Shown here piece after piece: positions 27,859 through 38,267 of a stretch of DNA of 64,000 bases. The DNA is from Vulcanimicrobiota bacterium (GTDB lineage Bacteria; Vulcanimicrobiota; Vulcanimicrobiia; Vulcanimicrobiales; Vulcanimicrobiaceae): contig CAVZSY010000005.1 of assembly GCA_963778045.1 (NCBI GenBank), forward strand, positions 174,999 to 238,998, given 5' to 3'. How positions within the stretch are numbered: the stretch's first letter is position 1; the number at the start of each line of letters is the position of its first letter. The translations under genes were made by a program, and so were the position numbers. Under the pieces are notes generated by a model that was given only the letters and a program-made list of their open reading frames with translations, was not told the DNA's origin and did no database searches.

Positions 27859-30800
27859 GTGGGAAAAACCACCGTTGATCTAACCGGCCTGGCGCCGCGA
27901 GACCTTGGAGACGAGCTTCGCGAGCGGGTGGGCATGCTGCCCAACGTCGCTTCGCAGCGCACCAAGGACCTTCGCGGACGCATCTCGGGCGCCAAAGCGG
28001 TAACCAGCGTCTGCTGTTACTGCGCGGTCGGCTGTAGCACGCTTGCCTATGTAAGCGACGATGGCAAGCTCTTGGACGTCGAGGGTAACCCCGACAGCCC
28101 CATTAACGGCGGCCATCTTTGCCCCAAGGGCTCGGCTCTCTTCGGGTTGACGGTCAACGACCTGCGCTGGACCACCGTGAAATACCGCGCCCCGTACTCG
28201 GACCGGTATGAAGAGCGGCCGCTCTCGTGGGCGCTCGAGCGCATCGCGCAGTTGGTCAAGACCACACGCGACGCGACGTACACCGAGCAATGGCAAGCCT
28301 CGCCCGATGCAAAGCCCAAACGTGTGAACAACACGCTTGGCATCGCGTCGCTCGGCGGCGCGACATTCGGCGTGGAAGAGAACTACATGCTGGGCAAAAT
28401 GCTCCATTCGCTCGGCGTGGTGTCGATCGAAAATCAAGCCCGAATATGACACTCCTCGACGGTGCCGGGTCTCGGTACCTCGTTCGGGCGCGGCGGCGCA
28501 ACAGTCTGGGTTCCCGATCTCGCGAACGCTGACTGTATCCTCATCGAAGGTTCGAATTTTGCCGAAGCGCACCCGGTTGCGTTTCGCTTCGTCATGCAAG
28601 CCAAAGAGCGCGGCGCGACGATCATCCACGTCGATCCGCGGTTCACGCGCACCTCGGCCCTGGCCGACATCTATTCGCCGATCCGCAGCGGCACCGATAT
28701 CGCGTTCCTCGGCGGCATCATCAATTATCTGCTCACCAACGAGCGCTATTTCAAAGAGTACGTCGTCGCGTATACCAACGCATCGAACATCGTCGGCGAG
28801 AAATTTGTCGACACCGAAGATCTCGACGGAATCTTCTCGGGTTTCGATCCGGAATCGCGCACGTACGACACCGGCACATGGGCGTTTGAAAAGGATGAAA
28901 ACGGTCACGTCAAACGCGACGAAACCCTGACCCATCCGCGCTGCGTGCTGAGCCTTCTGCGCAAACACTACGCGCGCTACACCGCCGACATGGTCGAGCG
29001 CGTGTGCGGCGTGGCGCCTGAAACCTTCCTAAAGATCGCCGACGCGCTGGCACGCAATAGCGGACGCGAGCGGACGACGGCCTTCGCCTACGCCGTAGGC
29101 TGGACGCAGCATACGGCCGGCGTGCAATTCATCCGTACGGCCGCGCTGGTGCAACTGCTGTTAGGCAACATCGGGCGTCCGGGCGGCGGCATCATGGCGT
29201 TGCGCGGCCACGCCAACATCCAAGGCGCGACCGACATCCCGACGCTCTACGATCTGCTGCCCGGCTATTTGCCGATGCCTTCGGTGCACCGCGACGAGCA
29301 AACCCTCGACGCGTACCTGGCGACAAACACCAAGCCGACCGGCTGGTGGATCAATACGCCAAAGTACGTGGTCTCGCTGCTCAAGGCGTTCTACGGCGAG
29401 CACGCAACCGCCGAGAACGGCTACTGCTATGAGTATCTGCCGCAACTGATCGGCGATCACTCGATGCTTCCGACGACCTTTGCGATGAAAGACGGCACGG
29501 TCAAAGGCTACTTTGTCATCGGACAAAACCCCGGCGCGTCCGGACAGAACGCAGAGCTGGTCAAAGCGGCAATGGAACGGCTCGACTGGGTGGTTAACAT
29601 CGACAGCTACGACAACGAGACCGTGTCATTCTGGCGCCGCGAGGGCGCCGATCCGTCGCAGATCGCGACCGAAGTGTTCTTCTTGCCGGCGGCCACCATT
29701 CTGGAAAAAGAAGGCACGATGGTGCAGACCAGCCGGCTCTTGCAGTGGCACGACAAGGCGGTCGAACCGGCCGGCGATTCCAAGAGCGACGCGTGGTACT
29801 TCAACTGGTTCGCAAAACGGTTCAAAGAACTCTACGCGGATTCCACCGACCCCAAGGATCGTCCGATCCAGCACATGACCTGGAACTACGAGCACGACGA
29901 TCCGCACGAGCGCGCCAAGGGCGAACCCTCGGTGCTCAAAGTACTGCAAGAGATCAACGGCTATCGCGTCGATTCGGGCGAGCAAGTCGCGGCATTCGCC
30001 GAACTCAAAGACGACGGGTCGACGGCATGCGGAGGCTGGATCTACAGCGGTGTCTGTCCCGACAAGCAAACAAATAGAGCGCGCAGTCGCGACGCGAGCG
30101 GTGAATATACCGCGCTGAACTGGGGCTTTGCGTGGCCGGCGAACCGCCGCACGCTCTACAACCGCGCCTCGGCCGCGCCGGACGGCACGCCGTGGAGCGA
30201 GCGTAAGAAATATGTGTGGTGGGATGCAGACAAGGGCGAGTGGACCGGCGTCGACGTGCCGGACTTCGTCAAGAACAAAGCGCCGTCAACTCCCGCCGAT
30301 CCGAACGCAAAGGGCATGGACGCGCACTCGGGTTCCGATCCGTTCATCATGCTCGTCGACGGACGCGGTCAGCTCTTCGTCGCAAGCGGGCTCAAAGACG
30401 CGCCGATGCCCGCGCACTACGAACCGATCCAGTCGGTCGTCGGCAACGAGCTCTACGCGCAGCAGAGCAACCCGGTGCTGGGCGAATACCATCGCACCGA
30501 TAATCCGTACAACGGCGCGACCAACGACGACTACCCCTACATTCTCACGACGTATCGCGTCACCGAGATGTCGGGCATCATGACGCGCTACGTCCCGTGG
30601 CTCGCGGAGCTCCAGCCCGCGGCATTCTGTGAGATCGACCCGGAGCTTGCGGTCGAGAAGGGCATTAAGAACGGCGACTGGTGCGTGATCTCGACCGCCG
30701 TCGGCGAGATCGAAGTGCGCGCGCTGGTCAGCGGACGGATGCGCCCGCTACGCGTGGGATCGCGCGGCGCGGGACGCCGGCGCGTGCATCAGATCGGTAT

Positions 30801-31089
30801 TCCGTACAACTACGGCAGCCAGGTCGCGCTCGCGCGCGGCGATTCGGTCGGAACGTTGATTCCAATCGCGCTCGATCCCAACGTATCGATCCACGAATCG
30901 AAAACACTCACCTGCGCGATCCGTGCAGGTCGTCGCAAAGCCCATCATCTCGACCGTATCGACGAGGCGGTTCCGGCGAGCGAACGGGATCCGATGGGCC
31001 AGCCCGAAGGCGCATGGATGTCGGGCAGCCAGCACTCCCGCGGCTATCAACAAATGCAAGGCGAAGACCAAGGAGCATCAGGCCGTTGA
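27859..31089 (+). CDS. Formate dehydrogenase alpha subunit (Mo/W-bisPGD, FdnG/FdoG-like) with selenocysteine at UGA 28447-28449
   Basis: ORFs 27859..28449 and 28462..31089 share one frame, separated only by TGA. FeS motif CCYCAVGCS...[29 protein letters not shown] matches the FdnG Sec context. GTG 27859 lies 5 nt after AGGAGG, with an in-frame stop at 27829. Confidence 0.85.
28447..28482 (+). promoter_or_regulatory. UGA(Sec) codon plus bacterial SECIS-like hairpin
   Basis: 28457-28482: cga/c/ggtgccg [ggtct] cggtacc/tcg. 7-bp upper stem (one G-U), 1-nt bulge, 3-bp lower stem, GGUCU apical loop, starting 8 nt after the UGA. Confidence 0.6.
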
Positions 31090-31937
31090 GCAACACGACA
31101 GGGTTCTTTACCGACACAACGCTGTGTATCGGATGCAAGGCGTGCGAGGTCGCGTGCAAGCAGTGGAACGAATTGCCGTCCGACGGATTCGAGTTCACCG
31201 GGAATTCGTATGACAACACGTCCGAGCTCTCAGGAACGACGTGGCGTCATGTGGCGTTCGTCGAACAGATGTCGGTGGATCAGGGCGGCTTGCACGACCG
31301 CTGGCTGATGAGCAGCGACGTCTGCAAGCATTGCACCAATGCCGGATGCCTGGAGGCGTGCCCGACCGGAGCGATCATTCGCAACGAGTTCGACTCGGTC
31401 TTCATCCAGCCCGACGTGTGCAACGGATGCGGGTATTGCGTCGTCTCGTGCCCGTTCGGCGTTGTCGATCTGATTCAAAAATTCGACCCGGACGGCACGC
31501 ATTACAACCTAGCGTCGCTGGTCGAGGGGCGCCGGGAAGACAACAAGACCGCCGTCCAAAGCAACGGCGGTGTCGCGGGCAAGTGCACGCTGTGCTACGA
31601 CCGCCAAAAGGTCGGATTCGAACCGGCGTGCGCGAAAGCGTGTCCGACCGAGTCGATTCAGTTCGGTAACATCGACGAACTGCGCGAGCGCGCGCATCAA
31701 CGCGTCGAATCGCTGGCGCAGCGCGGCGTGCAGGCGCAGCTCTACGGCGCCGACGACGTCGGCGGCGGCATCGGCTCGCTCAACGCGTTCTTTCTGCTCA
31801 CCGACCGTCCCGAAGCCTACAATCTACCGGCGCAGCCCGTGCTGCCGTCGACACGCCAGCCCGCCGGGTACACGTCGGCCGCGGTAGCGGCCTTCGGCCT
31901 CGCGCTGGCCGGATGGATGATCTTCCGCAATGCATAA
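31086..31937 (+). CDS. Formate dehydrogenase beta subunit (4x[4Fe-4S] ferredoxin) with C-terminal TM anchor
   Basis: Part of ORF 30681..31937, from TTG 31086 (overlaps the alpha stop). CIGCKACEVACKQWN, CKHCTNAGCLEACP, CNGCGYCVVSCP, CTLCYDR...CAKACP. Tail AAVAAFGLALAGWMIF. Confidence 0.8.
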   Translation: MSNTTGFFTDTTLCIGCKACEVACKQWNELPSDGFEFTGNSYDNTSELSGTTWRHVAFVEQMSVDQGGLHDRWLMSSDVCKHCTNAGCLEACPTGAIIRNEFDSVFIQPDVCNGCGYCVVSCPFGVVDLIQKFDPDGTHYNLASLVEGRREDNKTAVQSNGGVAGKCTLCYDRQKVGFEPACAKACPTESIQFGNIDELRERAHQRVESLAQRGVQAQLYGADDVGGGIGSLNAFFLLTDRPEAYNLPAQPVLPSTRQPAGYTSAAVAAFGLALAGWMIFRNA

Positions 31938-32925
31938 CGGAACGCACGTGCAAAGCCCCGACGACGCCTATTTCGGCGCCGCGTCGCGCGCGGACGACAC
32001 GCAACCAGCGCCGACCTACTACGAACGCCCGCTGCTCAAAGCCCCGCACTGGGAATGGAACGTCGTCACGTATCTGTTCTTGGGGGGCGTCATGGGCGGT
32101 CTAGGACTGATCCAACTCCTTGCCGACTCGTCGCGCGACGATGAACGCCGGCTCAAACGCACCACGCGCATCGCATCGTTCGTCCTGGCTGCGGCTAACC
32201 CCGGAATTCTAATCACGCACTTGGGCAAGCCCGAACGATTCCTCAACATGATGCGAATCGTCAAGTTCAAATCGCCGATGTCACTGGGCGTGTGGGGACT
32301 GGTCTTCTACTCCGGCGCAGCCGGAGCCAACGTCATGCGCGAACTGGCCGTCAGCGGCGTGCTGCCGCGCTGGATGCGATTTCTCGCGCCGGGTTTCTTC
32401 GCGCCGGCGCAAGCATTGCTCGGCGCGTTCACTGCAGGCTATACGGGCGTACTCCTCTCAGCGACGGCCAATCCGTTCTGGGGATCGGGCAAGCGACACA
32501 TTCCCGCCGCGTCGGTCTGCTCCGGGTTGGGCTCCGCGTGCGCGCTCTCCACGCTCCTGAGTATCGTCGAGGGCAACGAGCGCGTTACTCACAAGCTCGA
32601 ACGGCTCGAAATGGTCGCGTCGGTAGCCGAGCTCGTGATTCTCGTGCATTTTGAAAAGCACGCCGGCGAATACGGCAAACCGTTCTTCACCGGTGCGATC
32701 GGCAAACGGATGCGCACATACACGATCGCGAGCGGCATCGTCGCTCCGCTCGCGCTCAACGTGCTCGGCGGCATCGTCAAGCTGCCCAAACCCGTCAACA
32801 CCGTACGCGGCATTGCTGCCTCGGTGCTCACGTTGGTCGGCGGCTACATCTTGCGCGAGTCGCTGATCGAAGCCGGGAAGGCTTCGGCGCGCGATCCCCG
32901 CGCGGCATTCGTGCAACCGGCATGA
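31930..32925 (+). CDS. NrfD/PsrC-family integral membrane quinone-interacting subunit
   Basis: ORF 31930..32925. About 8 TM helices; PLLKAPHWEWNVVTYLFLGG near the N-terminus is typical of NrfD-like CISM anchors. No cytochrome-b His pattern noticed. Confidence 0.65.
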   Translation: MHNGTHVQSPDDAYFGAASRADDTQPAPTYYERPLLKAPHWEWNVVTYLFLGGVMGGLGLIQLLADSSRDDERRLKRTTRIASFVLAAANPGILITHLGKPERFLNMMRIVKFKSPMSLGVWGLVFYSGAAGANVMRELAVSGVLPRWMRFLAPGFFAPAQALLGAFTAGYTGVLLSATANPFWGSGKRHIPAASVCSGLGSACALSTLLSIVEGNERVTHKLERLEMVASVAELVILVHFEKHAGEYGKPFFTGAIGKRMRTYTIASGIVAPLALNVLGGIVKLPKPVNTVRGIAASVLTLVGGYILRESLIEAGKASARDPRAAFVQPA

Positions 32926-33779
32926 TCGGCGGCGACGCGGACACCGGCACGCGGCCGGGTCGCACCGTCGAAACCACCATCGCACGGTACGACGGCACCG
33001 CATCCACGCACACGTACGACCAGGTCACCACGGAAGAACCGCTCGAACTGCGGTTGATCGCCGGCGGCACGACCCACACGCTAGCCGTGACGATGCGCAC
33101 ACCGGGTAACGATTTTGAACTCGCCGCCGGCTTCGTGCGCGGCGAGGGCATCGTTCGCGAGCGCGCGGAGATCGCCAACATCAGCTACTGCATCGATCCG
33201 GCCGTCGATCCGGAGCAGCGCTACAATATCGTCAACATCGAATTGCGGGCGTCGGCGCTGCCGGATCTGAGCCGCTTCGAGCGGCACTTCACGATGAATA
33301 GTTCGTGCGGCGTGTGCGGCCGCGCGAACCTCGAAGCGCTGGCCGAACTCGGCGTTGGGCCCGTTCGCGACGACGTGCGCGTTCCCATCACGCTGCTCTA
33401 CCAGCTTCCCGATCGCATGCGTGAGGCGCAGCGCGTTTTCTCCGCCACCGGCGGCCTGCACGCCGCCGCGCTGTTCGATACCGGCGGCCGCGCGATCGCG
33501 GTGCGCGAAGACGTAGGGCGTCACAACGCGGTCGACAAGTTAACGGGTTGGGCGATGCTCGAGTCGCGCTCTCTCGAAGGTCATCTGCTGATGGTCAGCG
33601 GCCGGACGAGTTACGAGATTCTCCAAAAAGCCGCGGTCGCGCGCATTCCGGTGGTGTGCTCGGTGTCGGCGCCTTCGAGTCTGGCCGTCGATCTGGCTCG
33701 CGCGTTCAACATCACGTTGGCCGGCTTCGTGCGCGGCACTCGCGCCAACGTCTATAGCGCAGGCGAACGCATCACGTAG
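32922..33779 (+). CDS. fdhD: Formate dehydrogenase accessory sulfurtransferase FdhD
   Basis: ORF 32922..33779. EEPLELRL, MRTPGNDFELAAGF, SSCGVCG, GGLHAAALF, DVGRHNAVDKL, SGRTSYEILQKA. Confidence 0.85.
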   Translation: MIGGDADTGTRPGRTVETTIARYDGTASTHTYDQVTTEEPLELRLIAGGTTHTLAVTMRTPGNDFELAAGFVRGEGIVRERAEIANISYCIDPAVDPEQRYNIVNIELRASALPDLSRFERHFTMNSSCGVCGRANLEALAELGVGPVRDDVRVPITLLYQLPDRMREAQRVFSATGGLHAAALFDTGGRAIAVREDVGRHNAVDKLTGWAMLESRSLEGHLLMVSGRTSYEILQKAAVARIPVVCSVSAPSSLAVDLARAFNITLAGFVRGTRANVYSAGERIT

Positions 33780-36476
33780 TCATTCCGGCGTGAGCAGACG
33801 CTCGAGCGCCGCGACGACGTCGGCGATCGCGGACGGACGCGTGAGCGTCGCCGCCGCGCCGAGCCGCGGCGACGCATCGCCGCCGATCGCGATCAACGGA
33901 ATAGAGCGCTCGCGGCTAAACGTACGGAACTGCACGGCGGCTTGCGGCGAGAGTGACTCGGGCGCCGAAATCACGACCGCATCGAACGGCATCGCGTCCG
34001 CGATGGCCAACGCCTCATCGATGCTGGAGGCGTTGAGCACGCGGAAACCGGCCTCCTGAAGGCCGTACGCCAGAAACGATCGGTCGCGTTCGATATCGAG
34101 CAGCAGCACCGTACGGGGCGCGGCGTGGCGGTCGATACGGCGCGGCAACGTTACGGTAAACGTGCTACCGCGGCCTTCCTCGCTTTCGACGGCGATCGTA
34201 CCGCCGTGCAACTGCACGAGCTGTTTGCTGAGGTAGAGCCCGAAGCCGGTACCGGAAATGCGCATCTTTCGCGCGTTAGAAGCGCGCGAGAAGCGATCGA
34301 AGATGCGCGATAGTTCACCGTACGGGATGCCGATGCCGAAGTCGCGCACGGTCACGATGACCGCATCGGAAGCACCGCTGACGTGCACCTGCGGGTCGGG
34401 GCCCTCGACCGTGTATTTGATCGCGTTATCGATCAAATTGGTGAAGATCTGCCGGAGCCGTTCGTCATCGCCGGTCACATGCGTGTCGCCTTCGACGATC
34501 AGACCGACCGTCCGGCGATCCTTTTGCTGCGCGACGATCGTCGTGACGAGTTCGCCCACGTCGGTCTCACCCAGCGTGAGCGCAACTTCGTTGCGCTCCA
34601 AGCGCGAGAGCGTCAGCGTGTCGGTCGCAAGTTCCGAAAGCTGGAGCGCCGATTGCTTGATCGTGTCGAGGAACTCGCGTTGCTCGCCGCTGACCTCTCC
34701 GACCTCGCCTACCAGATCCGCGAATCCGACCACCGACGTGAGCGGGCCGCGAAAATCGTGGGCGAGCATCGCGATCAGATCGCTCTTGGTCTGATTGAGC
34801 TCCAGTACCGCGCTGCGCCGTTCTTCGACCTCATGGTAGAGCGATACGTTGCGCAAGGCCACGGCGAAGTACTCGGCAATCAAATCGAACACGAACAGAT
34901 CGGTCCGACGCAGCCGCCGTCCCTGACGCGAACGCACTTCCAGCGCGTACCGCGAGTCGCCGAAACGGCCGATATAGGTGATCGCCCGGGCCGTACGCTC
35001 GTCGTCGATCCGCACGCGTTCGTCGACCGCGCGACCGACCAGCGAATCGAGCTCGCCGCGCTCCCAAGGGGTTTCCCCAAGTGCATCGACCGCGACGCTC
35101 TCTCCCTCTTCGTTGACGGCCAGGATGCGTGCATCGGCCCGCAGCAGTTGCGCGACGACGTCGCGCACGGTCGTGACGATGCTGGTCGTATCCAAGGTGG
35201 TAAACAACCTGCGCGCCGCGCGCGTCAGCGAGAGCAGGCGATCGTGTTCTTCGGCGAGCGCGGCCGTGCGCTCGACTTCCTCGGAGATGTCGCGCTCGAT
35301 CGAAATCCAATGCGTCACCGATCCGTTCGCACTGCGAATCGGATGGAGGGTCACCTGATTCCAAAAGGTCGAGTTGTCCTTGCGGTAGCTGACGACCTCG
35401 GCCTGCGTCGGCTGTCCGGTCCCCAGCGCCTCGCGAACGACTCGCATGCCGACATCGTCGGGCATCGAACCGCGAAAGAAGTCGAGATCTTTGCCCATCG
35501 CCTCGCTGCGCAAATAGCCGGTCTGGGCCGTGAACGCATCGTTAACGTAACTGACGACCAGCGAGCCGCCCGCCGCGATCTCGTACACCACGATCACGTC
35601 ACCGGCGACGTTGATCGCGCCCAACAGCAGCGAGATCTCGTGTTGCTGCGCTTTGCGCTGCGTCAGGTCGAGCGCGATGGCAAAGATACGCTCCTCGCCG
35701 TTCTCGCTGGTAACGTCTACTCGCAACTCGACCGGATACGTCGATCCGTCACGGCGAAGCAGATCGGCTTCGCGCACGATCTCCTCGCCACGACGCCCGC
35801 GCGCGACCAAGTCGCGCACGACGAGTTCGGTTAACGACGGCGCCACCTCGAAAGCCGAAAGGCGCAGCAGCTCGTGGATCGGATAGCCCAAGCGCTCGCA
35901 TGCACCGCGCGACGCAAAGAGAATCGCACCGCTCTGGGGATCGATTGTGAATACATCGATGTTTGCCGCATCGAACAGCGAGAGAAATCGGCGACGCCCT
36001 TCGAAAACGGTCATGAGCGTTGAGGCGAGCGCGCGCAGTGCGCCGAGCTGCTGGCCCGTCAGCGAGCGCGGCTTGGGATCCATGACGCAGAGCGTCCCGA
36101 TCGTGAACCCCTGCGCCGTCGTGAGCGGAACGCCGGCGTAGAAGCGAATGTACGGATCGCCGGTCACGAACGGGTTGTCGCGGAATCGTTCGTCAAGTCG
36201 CGCGTCTTCGACGACCAGTTGCTCGCCGCTGGCCACGACGTGCGAGCAGAAGGCCACGTCGCGCGGCGTTTCGGCGACGCCGATCCCTTGCCGCGATTTG
36301 AACCACTGGCGGTCAGTATCGATCAGCGAAATCGTGGAGATACTCGCCCCGGTGATTTCGCCTGCGAGCTGCGTGAAGGCGTCGTATGCCTTCTCCTGCG
36401 GCGTATCGAGCAACTGATAATCGGCGAGTGCTTGGAGGCGTCCGGATTCGTTGGACGGCGGCGGTGCGATGCGCAC
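33780..36476 (-). CDS. Hybrid sensor histidine kinase (GAF-PAS-PAS-GAF-HisKA-HATPase-REC)
   Basis: ORF 33780..36476. N-terminal GAF (RLQALADYQLLDTPQE...), H-box MLAHDFRGPLTSV, N/G boxes FTNLIDNAIKYT and GTGFGLYLSKQLVQLHGG, C-terminal receiver VLLLDIE...FDAVVIS. Confidence 0.85.
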   Translation of the reverse strand: MRIAPPPSNESGRLQALADYQLLDTPQEKAYDAFTQLAGEITGASISTISLIDTDRQWFKSRQGIGVAETPRDVAFCSHVVASGEQLVVEDARLDERFRDNPFVTGDPYIRFYAGVPLTTAQGFTIGTLCVMDPKPRSLTGQQLGALRALASTLMTVFEGRRRFLSLFDAANIDVFTIDPQSGAILFASRGACERLGYPIHELLRLSAFEVAPSLTELVVRDLVARGRRGEEIVREADLLRRDGSTYPVELRVDVTSENGEERIFAIALDLTQRKAQQHEISLLLGAINVAGDVIVVYEIAAGGSLVVSYVNDAFTAQTGYLRSEAMGKDLDFFRGSMPDDVGMRVVREALGTGQPTQAEVVSYRKDNSTFWNQVTLHPIRSANGSVTHWISIERDISEEVERTAALAEEHDRLLSLTRAARRLFTTLDTTSIVTTVRDVVAQLLRADARILAVNEEGESVAVDALGETPWERGELDSLVGRAVDERVRIDDERTARAITYIGRFGDSRYALEVRSRQGRRLRRTDLFVFDLIAEYFAVALRNVSLYHEVEERRSAVLELNQTKSDLIAMLAHDFRGPLTSVVGFADLVGEVGEVSGEQREFLDTIKQSALQLSELATDTLTLSRLERNEVALTLGETDVGELVTTIVAQQKDRRTVGLIVEGDTHVTGDDERLRQIFTNLIDNAIKYTVEGPDPQVHVSGASDAVIVTVRDFGIGIPYGELSRIFDRFSRASNARKMRISGTGFGLYLSKQLVQLHGGTIAVESEEGRGSTFTVTLPRRIDRHAAPRTVLLLDIERDRSFLAYGLQEAGFRVLNASSIDEALAIADAMPFDAVVISAPESLSPQAAVQFRTFSRERSIPLIAIGGDASPRLGAAATLTRPSAIADVVAALERLLTPE

Positions 36477-38215
36477 TAGCGTGCCGGTGACCCCCGCTTG
36501 CGGGAAATGAACGCGCGCACGTCGTCGTACGAGCGCGTGTTGAGAACGTCGCCCGCCGCCAGCCCGGCACGACGCGCCTGCCCGACCGCGAGATCGATGT
36601 TGGAAAGATCTTCAGCGCCGTGCGCGTCGGAATCTACCGTGAACGTCACGCCGAAACCCTTGGCGCGCCGGATCAACGGCGCCGGCAAATCCAATCGCAA
36701 CGCCTGACCGTCGATTTCGAGCGCCGTTCCCGTTCGCGCCGCTGCGGCGAAGACCGCATCGTAGTCGAACTCGTAGCCGCCGAATCCGTCGAGCATGCGC
36801 CCGGTCGGATGTCCGATAATCGTAACGTAGGGGTTCTCGCACGCGCGGATCAGGCGCGCCGTCATGCGTTCGCGCGTCATGTCGAAATGGGAGTGCACGC
36901 TACCGATAACAACGTCGAGTTCCGCCAGCGTTGCGTCCTTGAAATCCAGCGCACCGTCGGGTAAAATGTCGACTTCGCTCGCACACAGCGTCTGCATGCC
37001 GTGGCGGCGCGAAATCTCTTCGACCTCCGCGCGTTGCTCGCGCAGCTTCGCGGGGCTCATCCCGTACGCCGTGCCGCGTCCCCACGAGTGATCGCTGATC
37101 GCGTGGTAGTCGTACCCGCGTGCCTTAGCCGCAACGATCATCGCTTCGAGCGAGTCGCGCCCGTCGCTCCAGGTGCAGTGCATGTGAAAATCTCCGCGCA
37201 CGTCACCGGACTCGATCAACGCCGGCAATTCGCCCGCAAGCGCGAGATCGATCTCGTCGAGCCCGCTGCGAAGCTCGGGCGGAATGTACGCCATGCCGAG
37301 CGCTTCATAGACGCCCGCTTCGTCGTCGCACGTGATCACCGAGCCGTCCTCCAGGCGCATGATCCCATTTTCGCTCACGCGCAACCCGCGCCGTACGGCG
37401 TGTTCGCGCAGCTTGATGTTGTGCTCGCGCGAGCCGGTGAAATGTTGGAGCAAATTCCCGTAGAGATGATCGGGCAGCACGCGCAGATCGATTTGAAAGC
37501 CGTCCTCGAGCCAAATGCTGGTTTTGGTCGGGCCCTCCGCCAGCACGGCGCGAGCACGCTCCCAGCGCGCAAAATATGCGGTGATCGCCGACGCGTCCGC
37601 CGCGGTGCAGATCAGATCGATGTCGCCGACGGTCACTTCCTGACGGCGCGCGCTGCCGGCATAGACCAGGCGATGGTGCGGCGGTCCGTCATGCAAGTAG
37701 GCGATCGCCTCGCGCGCGATCCGCAGTGCGAACGCAAGCGGCATGCGGCGCTGACGTCCCTTGTACGCCAAGATGCCGCGCTTCCAATTGTCGATCGTCT
37801 TGGGCCCCATCCGCGCCGCACCCGCGAACGCGTCGCGCTCGATCGCCGTCTCGAGGTCGGCCAACGACCCGATGCCGTAGTCTTTCCACAGCGAAGCCGC
37901 GGTCTTGGCGCCGATACCGCTCACGCCGAGCACTTCGACGATGGTCGGCGGGAACGTTTGGTAGAGTTCCTCAAGCACGTCGGCGGTGCCGCGCTCGACA
38001 AGCTGTTCGATTGCGGCCGCGATCGACTTTCCGATCGAGGGAAGCGTCGTCAGCTCGCCGGCGGCGATGACGTCACGCAGCGGCGGGGCGTTTTCGACTG
38101 AGGCCGCGGCCTTTTCGAACGCCATGTACTTATAGAAACTCAGCCCCGCCATTTCCATCAGGATGCGGATCTCGATGAGCTTTCGGGCGATATCGTCGTT
38201 GGAGAGATTCGGCAT
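36476..38215 (-). CDS. polX: DNA polymerase X family protein with C-terminal PHP phosphoesterase domain
   Basis: Part of ORF 36476..38284, from ATG 38215. HhH regions (LPSIGKSIAAAI, VSGIGAKTA), YAGSARRQEVTVGDIDL, LLQHFTGSREHN. PHP: GDFHMHCTWSDG, ISDHS, GSVHS, DSDAH. Confidence 0.85.
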   Translation of the reverse strand: MPNLSNDDIARKLIEIRILMEMAGLSFYKYMAFEKAAASVENAPPLRDVIAAGELTTLPSIGKSIAAAIEQLVERGTADVLEELYQTFPPTIVEVLGVSGIGAKTAASLWKDYGIGSLADLETAIERDAFAGAARMGPKTIDNWKRGILAYKGRQRRMPLAFALRIAREAIAYLHDGPPHHRLVYAGSARRQEVTVGDIDLICTAADASAITAYFARWERARAVLAEGPTKTSIWLEDGFQIDLRVLPDHLYGNLLQHFTGSREHNIKLREHAVRRGLRVSENGIMRLEDGSVITCDDEAGVYEALGMAYIPPELRSGLDEIDLALAGELPALIESGDVRGDFHMHCTWSDGRDSLEAMIVAAKARGYDYHAISDHSWGRGTAYGMSPAKLREQRAEVEEISRRHGMQTLCASEVDILPDGALDFKDATLAELDVVIGSVHSHFDMTRERMTARLIRACENPYVTIIGHPTGRMLDGFGGYEFDYDAVFAAAARTGTALEIDGQALRLDLPAPLIRRAKGFGVTFTVDSDAHGAEDLSNIDLAVGQARRAGLAAGDVLNTRSYDDVRAFISRKRGSPAR

Positions 38216-38267
38216 AGCGGCGTTCCTTGCATCGGAATTTCGGCGCATTCGGCGAAGACGCCCCTCG

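Noticed and set aside
28462-31089. Treating ORF 28462..31089 as an independent gene starting at its first Met.
   Set aside because: It is in frame with 27859..28449 and separated only by a UGA in the canonical FdnG selenocysteine context with a SECIS-like hairpin. There is no RBS before 28462.
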